Both the position numbers and the translations under genes were made by a program. A stretch of DNA of 64,000 nt, taken from Microcoleus sp. (lineage in GTDB: Bacteria > Cyanobacteriota > Cyanobacteriia > Cyanobacteriales > Microcoleaceae). The DNA is taken from NCBI GenBank assembly GCA_052279835.1, contig CP181291.1:4448001-4512000 (forward strand), given 5' to 3'. Shown here one piece after another: positions 1-9,626 of this stretch. Below the pieces are notes generated by a model. It was not told where the DNA came from. It was given only the letters and a program-made list of their open reading frames with translations, and ran no database searches. The stretch's first letter is position 1; each line of letters begins with the position of its first letter.

Positions 1-900
1 ATACGCCCGGAATATATTCCGACGAGCAGCTTGAAGCCTGGAAACAGATTGTAACTGCGGTGCAAACTCACGAAACACCGATTTTTATGCAGCTTTGGCA
101 CTGCGGGCGAGCTTCCCACAGCAGTTTTCATGAAAATGGTGAATTACCCGTAGCGGCCTCTGCGATCGCCATAAATGGAGAAGGACTTCATACCCCTGTA
201 GGTAAACAACCTTACGAAACTCCTCGCGCTTTAGAAACCCATGAAATTGGGCTGATTGTAGAAGACTATCGCAAGGCAGCAGAACGGGCAAAAAAAGCAG
301 GTTTTGACGGTGTAGAAATTCACGCAGCTAACGGCTATCTAATAGACACATTTTTGCAAAGCAAAACCAATCACCGAACAGATGCCTATGGCGGTGGAAT
401 TGAAAACCGCTACCGTTTTCTCAAAGAAATTGTCGAAGCAATTATCACCGTATTTCCGGCAAATAGAGTAGGAGTCAGACTTTCTCCCAACGGTATTTTC
501 AATGACATGGGTTCTCCCGATTATCGTCCAAGTTTTCTGTACATTGCAGGGCAGTTAAATACCTACAACTTAGCTTATCTTCACCTGATGGATGGCTTAG
601 CTTTTGGCTTTCATGAATTGGGAACACCGATGACACTAGCAGAGTTTCGTGAGGTATTTGCAGGTACTCTGATTGGTAACTGCGGATATACCCAAGAAAC
701 TGGCAGAAACCGCCATTAGTAGCGGAGTTGCCGACTTAATCGCCTTTGGTCGAGATTTCATCAGCAATCCCGACTTGGTAGAGCGTTTCACTCATGGCTG
801 GCCGCTCAATCCCCCTGCTGAAATGCCTACCTGGTATTCTTTTGGTCCAGAAGGTTATGTTGACTTTCCTACCTATCAGGCATCTCAAGTGGCTTCCTGA
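1..900 (+). pseudogene. Old yellow enzyme family alkene reductase (NADH:flavin oxidoreductase), 5' end outside the window, +1 frameshift at about 697-703 (real or sequencing error)
   Basis: QLWHCGRASH, GFDGVEIHAANGYL and RTDAYGG motifs in ORF 60..719. The C-terminal DLIAFGRDFISNPDL..GYVDFP part is in a different frame (673..900). Confidence 0.85.
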
Positions 901-961
901 GCCTCCAGATTAGATGGATGACACCTGCGGTTAGATCAATTCTGGTTTGATCGGAATGATT

Positions 962-1000
962 TAACCGCAGAGGACGCAGAGAACGCAGAGGAAGAGAAGA
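962..1000 (+). repeat. Short dispersed repeat AACCGCAGAGGACGCAGAGAACGCAGAGGAAGAG
   Basis: Internal 9-bp periodicity; a related inverted pair lies at about 3140-3253. Confidence 0.6.
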
Positions 1001-1079
1001 AAAAGATCGATAATTAGGATGAAGAACGCATTTGATATTAGATCAAATCCGGTAGCATAGGTAATCTAAAATCTAAAAT

Positions 1080-1907
1080 CTAAAATTGATTGACTGCTTG
1101 GTAATCTTCCCAAGCTGCTTTTGCACCAAATTCTACGATCGCACTCAAATCACAACCGTATTCTCCAGCGCAACTAAAAGAACCAAGTTCCAGGACATAC
1201 AGCTCTCCCTCTGACTCACAGATGTCTATCGTGTAGAGAGATTCTGGATACCAACTCACTTGTTTAAACACTTCGCTAAGATAGTTGTCTAGATATCCTC
1301 CCCTGATTGTTTCATCAACTCTTTCTTCTCCGACTAAATAGAGAGAACCAGTTATCACTTGATTTTTATAAACAAAAAATCTCCATTCTTTCGTAATTTC
1401 TCGTTTACCACTGACTAATACTAAAGTTGTTTCATCTCTTTTTAATTCGCTTCCCAGAGACTGCATAGTATTTAAAATGTTTAGGTTGAAAACTCCGGCT
1501 CTAAATGACTTCATATTGCTATCAGGTCGGACAAACAAATCTCCATCGGATTTGAAGTATTCCAGAATTTCTGTTCTTCTTCTAACCAATTCGCCCAAAG
1601 AAAGAATGAAATATTTGTTGTTTAACAAGTATTGACCGAAGTAAGTGTAGTAAATGGAACAACGGAGATTTTTTTCGTCCATATAAGCTCCCGGAATCCA
1701 AGAAGTTCTCAAGATATCACGACCTAAATTCAGGGTGCCTCTGAATAAAACACAATCATCAGGGGGAAAATATTGATGGGCTGCTTCTGGGCGAAAGTTG
1801 AGATATTTAGTTTCTTGGTAAATATATGCTTGTTTCTGCAATTCTTCTAAAAATTCTTTTTCACGATCGTAAATATCTTTTTCAAGCAACCAATTTACTT
1901 TTTTCAT
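1080..1907 (-). CDS. ATP-grasp domain protein (DUF4343 / R2K-like)
   Basis: LFVRPDSNMKSF, EWRFFV, YTIDIC and VLELGSFSCAG are ATP-grasp-type motifs. Confidence 0.7.
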   Translation of the reverse strand: MKKVNWLLEKDIYDREKEFLEELQKQAYIYQETKYLNFRPEAAHQYFPPDDCVLFRGTLNLGRDILRTSWIPGAYMDEKNLRCSIYYTYFGQYLLNNKYFILSLGELVRRRTEILEYFKSDGDLFVRPDSNMKSFRAGVFNLNILNTMQSLGSELKRDETTLVLVSGKREITKEWRFFVYKNQVITGSLYLVGEERVDETIRGGYLDNYLSEVFKQVSWYPESLYTIDICESEGELYVLELGSFSCAGEYGCDLSAIVEFGAKAAWEDYQAVNQF

Positions 1908-1918
1908 GTAACGATCCA

Positions 1919-1982
1919 GTAGGGTGCGTCAGCTAGAACACTCACTATACATGGGAAACGCTTATTACGCTAAGCACCCTAC
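1919..1982. repeat. GTAG-type REP-like imperfect palindrome
   Basis: GTAGGGTGCGT ... AAGCACCCTAC arms. Confidence 0.55.
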
Positions 1983-2103
1983 TATCTAAAATAGATTAAC
2001 TTAATCTAGCCAAATGGCAAAAAAGCAGTTGAGATCGAGAACGTTTCCCCATATTCTAATAAGCGTAGGACATTTCACAACATCCGAGCTACGAGCTTAG
2101 TAA

Positions 2104-3117
<1,014 letters not shown>

Positions 3118-3139
3118 TCTAATAAAGTAAGATTAAATG

Positions 3140-3253
3140 AACCGCGAAGACGCTAAGGACGCGAAGGAAGAACCCCGCCTGCTACCCCAATGGGGGAAAG
3201 AAAAAGTCTATCTTCTTCCTTTCTTCCTTCGCGCTCTTCGCGCCTTCGCGGTT
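3140..3253. repeat. Inverted pair of AACCGCGAAGACGC-type repeats (possible terminator or mobile repeat)
   Basis: AACCGCGAAGACGCTAAGGACGCGAAGGAAGAA ... TTCTTCCTTCGCGCTCTTCGCGCCTTCGCGGTT. Confidence 0.65.
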
Positions 3254-3282
3254 TAATTTCATTATTCAATTATATAAATAAT

Positions 3283-5088
3283 ATGACTTACCGCTCCAAC
3301 AAACTACTTGTATTCACAGTCATTTCGGTATTTTTATTGTTAGGAATGCCAGCCAAAGCAACTGCGAGTAAAGTTGAAAATTCCCTCTCAAATATTGATA
3401 ATTTAGAAATCCCCAACCCCCAAAACTTACCCACAGAAATCGATCGCCCTTCCCAACTGAGCCAACTCCCCAACCCAATTCAACCCAGAGAACCCGAATT
3501 ACCAACTCCTCAACCACCACAACCCCCACCGCCATCTCCCCTCCAACCTGCTACACCAACACCCGTTGAGGGCGAAGTGAGACCAGATATACCGGGTACA
3601 ATTAGAGTCGATCGCTTTGAATTTGAGGGCAACACAGCCTTTAGCGATCGCGAACTGGCAGAACTCACTAAACCCTTCGTGGGTAGGGAAATCACCTTCG
3701 CCGAACTGATCGCAGTGGAAGCAGCAGTAACTCAAAAATACTTAGCAGCCGGATATCTCAATTCCGGTGCGGTAATTCCCGCCAACCAAACCTTTCCCAG
3801 ATATGGCGCAGTGGTTAAAATTCAGATTGTCGAAGGGGGAGTAGAAGAAATTGCAATTACTGGCAACCGTCGGCTAAAGTCAAGTTATCTGCGATCGCGC
3901 CTAGCCATCGCTACCGGGAGGCCACTCAATCGCGATCGACTGCTGTCCGCCTTGCAACTGCTGCAACTAGACCCTTTAATTGCCAATATTTCCGCCGAAT
4001 TGCAAGCCGGAAGCCGCCCCGAAAAAAGTCGCTTAGAAGTCCGAGTCAAAGAAGCAGACAGCTTTAGTGGGGAAGTCTTCGCAGACAACAATCGATCGCC
4101 AAGCGTCGGCAGTTTTCGGCGTGGAGTCGAAATCAATCAAGCAAATTTGCTTGGTTTGGGCGATGGGCTGGAGGTATCCTACGCTAACACTGATGGTAGC
4201 AATGAATTCAACGGCAGCTATACAGTTCCTGTCAATCCCCGCAACGGCACAATTCGGTTGGCGGTGGGTGCTGCTAGCACGAATATTATTGAGGAACCCT
4301 TTGATACTGCTGGGATTGAGGGAAAGTCGCGTACTTACGAATTAACTTACCGCCAACCGATTCTCGAAAAGCCCGATCGCAACTTGGCTGTGGGAGTAAC
4401 ATTATCGCGGCAAGAAAGCAATACATTCTTACAGGGCGAGCGATTTCCGCTGTCGGCGGGAGCAAACGAGCGCGGCCAAACCCGTGTTTCTGCTGTGCGC
4501 TTTTTTCAAGAATACGTGCAACGTAGTTCCAATCAAGTGTTTGCAGCGCGATCGCAATTCTCGATCGGTACTAATTTGTTGGGCGCTAGTGTCAATGATA
4601 GCGGGCCAGACAGTCGGTTTCTGGCGTGGCGCGGACAAGCCCAATACGTGCGGCTGCTAGCACCAGAAACCTTGCTGATTGTACGTTCTGACATTCAATT
4701 AGCCGATCGCTCTTTGCTTTCTCTCGAACAAATCGGGATCGGTGGCGTGCAGAGTGTACGCGGATATCGCCAAGATTTGCTGTTGACTGATAGCGGTGCG
4801 ATCGCCAGTGCGGAAGTGCGTATCCCGGTTTGGCGAGTGCCACAAGTCAAAGGATTGTTGCAGGTGGCTCCATTTATCGATTTGGGAGTAGGCTGGAACC
4901 ATTCTGGCGAAAAAGCTAATCCTGATTCTGACCAGCTTCTGGGTGCAGGTGTGGGGCTGTTGTGGCAAATGGGCGATCGGTTTAATGCGCGCTTAGACTA
5001 CGGTTTTCCTTTGATTAATGTCGGAGGGGGCGATCGAACTTTCCAGGAAAAAGGCCTCTACTTTAGAATCAATTATTTTCCGTTTTAA
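3283..5088 (+). CDS. ShlB/FhaC/HecB family two-partner secretion transporter (TpsB)
   Basis: Signal peptide, Pro-rich linker, POTRA-like FEFEGNTAF, conserved SVRGY motif and C-terminal Phe. ATG 3283 is preferred because the upstream part of the ORF is repeat DNA. Confidence 0.92.
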   Translation: MTYRSNKLLVFTVISVFLLLGMPAKATASKVENSLSNIDNLEIPNPQNLPTEIDRPSQLSQLPNPIQPREPELPTPQPPQPPPPSPLQPATPTPVEGEVRPDIPGTIRVDRFEFEGNTAFSDRELAELTKPFVGREITFAELIAVEAAVTQKYLAAGYLNSGAVIPANQTFPRYGAVVKIQIVEGGVEEIAITGNRRLKSSYLRSRLAIATGRPLNRDRLLSALQLLQLDPLIANISAELQAGSRPEKSRLEVRVKEADSFSGEVFADNNRSPSVGSFRRGVEINQANLLGLGDGLEVSYANTDGSNEFNGSYTVPVNPRNGTIRLAVGAASTNIIEEPFDTAGIEGKSRTYELTYRQPILEKPDRNLAVGVTLSRQESNTFLQGERFPLSAGANERGQTRVSAVRFFQEYVQRSSNQVFAARSQFSIGTNLLGASVNDSGPDSRFLAWRGQAQYVRLLAPETLLIVRSDIQLADRSLLSLEQIGIGGVQSVRGYRQDLLLTDSGAIASAEVRIPVWRVPQVKGLLQVAPFIDLGVGWNHSGEKANPDSDQLLGAGVGLLWQMGDRFNARLDYGFPLINVGGGDRTFQEKGLYFRINYFPF

Positions 5089-5162
5089 ATTTGTAGGTTG
5101 GGTTACAAAATTGATAAGTAATACCAATTCTTTATGAAGCTGCACAGAATGGGAACCCCTAT

Positions 5163-5714
5163 TTATTTCATTGCTGTTTCCCACCAAATCAGCAAAGGAT
5201 GATTTCTAGGAGGTTGATAGCTCGCTCTAACTCGAATTGCACTCAATGCGGCTTTTAATGTTACTGAGTCAATATTTGATTTTTCCGACCAATGTTCAAT
5301 GACTTCCAGTGTTGATACAATTTGGATGTGAGGAGCCTCTTTTCTTAGAAAGGCAATCGCTCTCTTATCATCAGTTGCAACTGCCCATTCGCGGTGAAAG
5401 GCGATCGCAAATGTTGCAGATTCTCCTTCACCCCTTATTTGAGCAGTATAGTTGATGAAAGTTTCTGCCTCTGCTTCCGATTCAAAATCTACGAACGATA
5501 TTAAACCTTCTTGAACCGCCTGGTCAAAATAAATTGCACCTTCACTCTCCTGATTTTCAATCCGCTGAAGCGTCTTTAATTCTTGCGATCTAACAACTTC
5601 AGTAACTACAATTTGAGCGGGAATATATTGCAATATTTCTAGAAATTTTCCCGAAGCATAGAAATTTAGAATACAGCAGGCATCTAGGACAATATGGGAT
5701 TGTTGAATATTCAT
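5163..5714 (-). CDS. PIN-fold domain protein (putative ribonuclease toxin/effector)
   Basis: N-terminal VLDACC, then V..E, GESATFAIA and VATDDKRA give the PIN acidic residue pattern. Confidence 0.8.
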   Translation of the reverse strand: MNIQQSHIVLDACCILNFYASGKFLEILQYIPAQIVVTEVVRSQELKTLQRIENQESEGAIYFDQAVQEGLISFVDFESEAEAETFINYTAQIRGEGESATFAIAFHREWAVATDDKRAIAFLRKEAPHIQIVSTLEVIEHWSEKSNIDSVTLKAALSAIRVRASYQPPRNHPLLIWWETAMK

Positions 5715-5733
5715 CGTTAATTACCCAATTATC

Positions 5734-6927
5734 CTACGCCTGACAAAGGTCTAAATCAGCAACTTCTTCGATTATTCCGCTTGAATGTGCGCTTAATGAT
5801 TCTGCAATCCGTCGAGCCTCCAGGCGATCTACACCAAGAAAATTAGCAAAGTGTCCTTCGGTAATTAACCCTCGATCTAGTGCTTCTATCGCTAAATGCT
5901 GATAGTGAATAGGAGCCATATCAATGCGCTCCGTGATAGGTTCTAAGCCCATTTCCTGTTGAACTGTTCGGACTTTTAATCCTCGATCGCGCAGACGTTC
6001 CCAAGTTCCAGATGGTAACAATTTAATTGCTTCTAATCGATAGATGAGAGCTTGAATAGACACTCCATAATGGTGAGCTAAAGTGAATAAATTTGTTGCA
6101 GTAAACTTGCCATGAGATCGGTGCATATCGTTAAATCGCTTGAGTAAATCACTTGTCGGCATTAGGAAATAATTAGGGAAAGTGTCTGCTAGTCTCTCGC
6201 TCTCTGGTTTCCTTTTATACTGATCGTCAAAATCAACTATGGGCTTCCGTCGATGAGCGAGAAAATGCAGGTAATCATGTGCTAATGACCAGCGTTTTCT
6301 CTCTTCAGGATGTCCAGCATTGATGGCGATGCAGCCACCCATTTGTTCGTTGTAGCTATAGATGCCTGAGTATTTAGGCGGCATCTCTATATAAAAAATT
6401 CGTAATCCGACACTCTGTTCTAAAATATCTCGCAGACATGGAATAGGTGCATCACCAAGCCCAAGCCGTTGACGTTCTGAGATGGCAATACTTTCCGCTG
6501 CCGCCTCAAGTGGCATATTATCGATCTTGTACTCTTGTGGATAATTTCGAGGTAAGGGTGCATCCATCATCGCTTCGAGATCTAGATAGTTTTGGCACAG
6601 TTCCTCTAAGCGCAAAATACTGGGTTTAATCCGTGCTGCTTCAGCTTCATTCTGCCCAAATGCCGAGCGATATTGAACCTCAAAAGGTTCTGTAACAGCA
6701 CGAGGCTGAACGAAATCGCCGATGGCTTTTCCATAAGCACGGGCGAGTTTAATCAGTTCCGTTGCTTTGATCCGGCGTTCTCCTTTCTCAATTGCAACAA
6801 TAGTTGTTCTTGCGGTATCAATAATTTGGGCTGCTTGAGCTTGAGTCATGTCACAGCTTTTGCGGGCTTTTTGAAGGAGTTCCCCCAATCTCGCTAGATC
6901 GATGTTGTCTAATATATTACTAGCCAT
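5734..6927 (-). CDS. XRE-family HTH fused to ImmA/IrrE (COG2856) metallopeptidase-like domain
   Basis: ARKSCDMTQAQAA..ARTTIVAIEKGERRI HTH; RKRWSLAHDYLH, E..AD.F...FLMP and YGVS..ALIYRL. ATG 6927 has an upstream AAGGA. Confidence 0.9.
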   Translation of the reverse strand: MASNILDNIDLARLGELLQKARKSCDMTQAQAAQIIDTARTTIVAIEKGERRIKATELIKLARAYGKAIGDFVQPRAVTEPFEVQYRSAFGQNEAEAARIKPSILRLEELCQNYLDLEAMMDAPLPRNYPQEYKIDNMPLEAAAESIAISERQRLGLGDAPIPCLRDILEQSVGLRIFYIEMPPKYSGIYSYNEQMGGCIAINAGHPEERKRWSLAHDYLHFLAHRRKPIVDFDDQYKRKPESERLADTFPNYFLMPTSDLLKRFNDMHRSHGKFTATNLFTLAHHYGVSIQALIYRLEAIKLLPSGTWERLRDRGLKVRTVQQEMGLEPITERIDMAPIHYQHLAIEALDRGLITEGHFANFLGVDRLEARRIAESLSAHSSGIIEEVADLDLCQA

Positions 6928-7041
6928 TACAGTGTTCCTTAATCTTATTAAGCGATCGAATATAGCCTTTCTCAAAAAAGTGAGGTATGCCAGATTCTAT
7001 GTACATCAAGGTTTGTGACCTTTGATATATACCTCATCTAT

Positions 7042-8478
7042 CTAAGAGCCGCTATAGTTTCGATCTAACGACTCACTGTCCCTATTCTTAATGAGGTTGA
7101 CTGATAGTTGAGATTTTACATCATCCCACTCAGCGACATACTTTTGATAAAGTCTAATTAACTTGCTCTGCATATCAAGAGTGGTCAACTTTTCTACGAC
7201 TGAACATCGATCGACAATATCATCTAGTCTAGGAAATTTACGAGTTAACGCTTCCCACTGAATCTCATGTGGATTAGGTCGATTGAGTAAGCATCGTAGC
7301 GTCTCAACTTGTGCGAGCATATGTCGTAAACTCTCACTTGGATCTTTCGCTGGTGAATAATTTCCATGTAATATTAGATATCGAGTCTTATCCTCTATTG
7401 TAGCAGCACTAAGAGCTTGTCGTCGTAAAAGGCAAGAGGAGCAATATCCACACTGATTGATAATATGTCTGTGGGGGCTGTCGCATGACTTTGTTTGCGA
7501 AGATAGTCTACCCGTCACGTCTTCTGCTAATATCTGACACATTTCAGATTTAGTTGAGAATAGGAATGGATTCCAGACCCGAAATGCCTCTCCTAGAAGC
7601 TCTGAAATGAGATCGCTCACTTTCAGCAAAGTCAATGGATGAACCGATCTGGTGTGATCTAATCCCAACGCAGATTCACGATATGGAAGATTAATTGCAC
7701 CAGTTCCGTTTTCATAAAAGCAAAGCTCTTGTCGCCCCATTAAAGATGCACAGGCAGCACCCAGCATCGCAAATACAACACCTCTTGCGCGGGTAATTTT
7801 GTTTTTTCTAACTGCATTGCTATCAAAGAAGCGAATTGGAACTCGGTATAAAGTACAACGATTTGGAAAAATATATCTAATTTGTTTTTCTGTATCTTCC
7901 TGTAGCTTGTGAACGTTAACATTACCTCCAGTGCCAAAAAGTAAAAATGACTTTTCTGGATGCGATCGCAAACGTTGATAGAGACCAGCAAAGGCATCAA
8001 GACCACCACTCCACATAGCCACTTCACAATCCTGAGATGCTACGGGCAAAGATGGTTGGCGAACAACAGAACGTTCTGAATCTGATCTCTTTTGGAAGTC
8101 AAAAAACCATAGACTTCCAGTAGCCCATTCAAGCAAATTTTCTAGCTGAGATCGAAATAATTCAGTATTCATTATTTCAGGATGACGGACTGCTAGTTTT
8201 ACATAAATGCGACTTTGATCTTGGCGTAGATTTTGAAATGCAAGACGATCTGCGAAATGGATTGCAACAGCCAGATCGATTAGATCGGCAACTACAGATG
8301 GAAACTCTTGCTTAACTCGATAGTTGAATTCTTGATCGTCTATCGCAATTCCAATAGAACTCTCCTTTTTAGTAGCATGATCTGTAAACTGAATACACCC
8401 ATTATTATTTATCCCAGAGCCAAAATCTAGTGTGTAATCACTATCGTGAGCATGAAATTCCTTCTTCATTGTTAGCAT
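7042..8478 (-). CDS. QueC-like PP-loop ATPase of the QatC type (defence-associated)
   Basis: SGGLD PP-loop, TRSVHP, NPFLFSTKSEM, SC..(x)..CGYCSSCLLRR zinc motif, and an N-terminal DLIDLAVAIHFADR extension. At 478 aa it is about twice the length of housekeeping QueC. Confidence 0.85.
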   Translation of the reverse strand: MLTMKKEFHAHDSDYTLDFGSGINNNGCIQFTDHATKKESSIGIAIDDQEFNYRVKQEFPSVVADLIDLAVAIHFADRLAFQNLRQDQSRIYVKLAVRHPEIMNTELFRSQLENLLEWATGSLWFFDFQKRSDSERSVVRQPSLPVASQDCEVAMWSGGLDAFAGLYQRLRSHPEKSFLLFGTGGNVNVHKLQEDTEKQIRYIFPNRCTLYRVPIRFFDSNAVRKNKITRARGVVFAMLGAACASLMGRQELCFYENGTGAINLPYRESALGLDHTRSVHPLTLLKVSDLISELLGEAFRVWNPFLFSTKSEMCQILAEDVTGRLSSQTKSCDSPHRHIINQCGYCSSCLLRRQALSAATIEDKTRYLILHGNYSPAKDPSESLRHMLAQVETLRCLLNRPNPHEIQWEALTRKFPRLDDIVDRCSVVEKLTTLDMQSKLIRLYQKYVAEWDDVKSQLSVNLIKNRDSESLDRNYSGS

Positions 8479-9095
8479 AGGTCTTCATCCATATCTACTG
8501 GATTTACTTTACGGCGTGGTAGTCGTAATTTGGTTACACTTCCATCGATATTTGCCTTATTTGCCCAATTACCGATCGCAGAAACAACCGCAGGCTGAAT
8601 TTCTTGAATTAGTTGTTTAAGAGTTCGATCATTCATCCCTCCAAGATGTTCATCGGTTAGTGGTATACGACCATGAAATCCTGATTCCAGCACTGTGGTC
8701 ATGTATTGCCCCAAAATTGCTTCCGAAATACTATTAGCAGTTAATCCGCGATCGTTACCATACCTAAGCTCATGTAGGAAACTCTTTCCAGCGCAAAGAA
8801 TAAGCTCCTTAACGTCATGCCTTCCATCAACTTGAAGTATTTTTTCTATTTCCCTATTCGCAATACCCCAGTCAACAGAGTTATTCCCGCCCGCGATTTC
8901 AATAACCTGGGACAACCTTTCACCCATCTGTTGGGCAACAACGATTGGTAGATTGCCTTTTTTTTGAAGATCTTGCTTCAGTGCTGAGATCGCCATCCGA
9001 GTACACTCATCGATACTCGCTTTCCCCTCACAGAGCGACTCATATAGCTTTTTATAGTACCCAAGCTCATTGCGGAAAATATCTCCATCAGCCAT
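8472..9095 (-). CDS. Hypothetical helical protein, positional analogue of QatB
   Basis: 207-aa ORF with a GGAG RBS; its stop codon overlaps the QueC-like start. Confidence 0.75.
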   Translation of the reverse strand: MADGDIFRNELGYYKKLYESLCEGKASIDECTRMAISALKQDLQKKGNLPIVVAQQMGERLSQVIEIAGGNNSVDWGIANREIEKILQVDGRHDVKELILCAGKSFLHELRYGNDRGLTANSISEAILGQYMTTVLESGFHGRIPLTDEHLGGMNDRTLKQLIQEIQPAVVSAIGNWANKANIDGSVTKLRLPRRKVNPVDMDEDLC

Positions 9096-9133
9096 GTTCC
9101 GTGCTCCAAAAATAGGAGTTTGCTTACACCGTC

Positions 9134-9162
9134 ACTTTAGAGCATTAACCTGACATTGTCAA
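9134..9162 (-). promoter_or_regulatory. sigma70-type promoter of the four-gene cassette
   Basis: Minus-strand TTGACA (9162-9157), a 17-bp spacer, then TAAAGT (9139-9134), about 40 bp before the ATG at 9095. Confidence 0.7.
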
Positions 9163-9202
9163 TGGTTAAGAAGAAAAAAGCTATAAAATGTCAGGTTAAT
9201 GC
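9142..9202. promoter_or_regulatory. 16-bp perfect inverted repeat (operator candidate)
   Basis: GCATTAACCTGACATT (9142-9157) and AATGTCAGGTTAATGC (9187-9202). Confidence 0.7.
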
Positions 9203-9272
9203 GTAAGCCGATCGACTGTATTCGCGGTCAAAGTCTCTACAACCTAATATCTAGTGAAGATCTAAGAGGTCT

Positions 9273-9521
9273 CCGAGTGAACCCCTCCATAGCGATGCTA
9301 GCCCGTTTCCCTGGATCGATCCGGTTTTAGGGGAGAAAGCCGCGATCGATAACTTACCGGCCAGAAGTGATGCACCGAAGGTTTCCCCCTCACCTGACAT
9401 TGTTCCGGCTGAAGGTTGGGTACTGAATGCTACGGGGAACGTGACTCTTGTTGGATACAATTCTGGTGGTGCGGTTTCTGCTCGTGGCGTAAAACCTAGA
9501 AGTGTTTGCATACCCCGATAG
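9273..9521 (+). pseudogene. 3' remnant of a filamentous-haemagglutinin (TpsA-like) gene
   Basis: Translates as PSEPLHSDASPFPWID...IVPAEGWVLNATGNVTLVGYNS...VCIPR*. This matches the end of 9627..12722 (VPFAWVD...VVPAQGWVMNSQGDVMLVGYNS...VCIPR*). Confidence 0.85.
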
Positions 9522-9626
9522 GTGTTCTTCACTGCTTTATGTCAATTGGGGTGCCACGAGCCAGCTCATAGTTGACTGTTGACTGGAAGTCAAACAACTG
9601 AAAACTTCTAAATATTTGGTGGTACC

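Noticed and set aside
7042..8478. Housekeeping queuosine biosynthesis queC
   Set aside because: It is about twice the usual length, has a QatC-like N-terminal extension, and has no queD/queE/queF neighbours.
9251..9532. 93-aa minus-strand ORF as a fifth cassette gene
   Set aside because: It is the antisense of the TpsA remnant and lies upstream of the cassette promoter.
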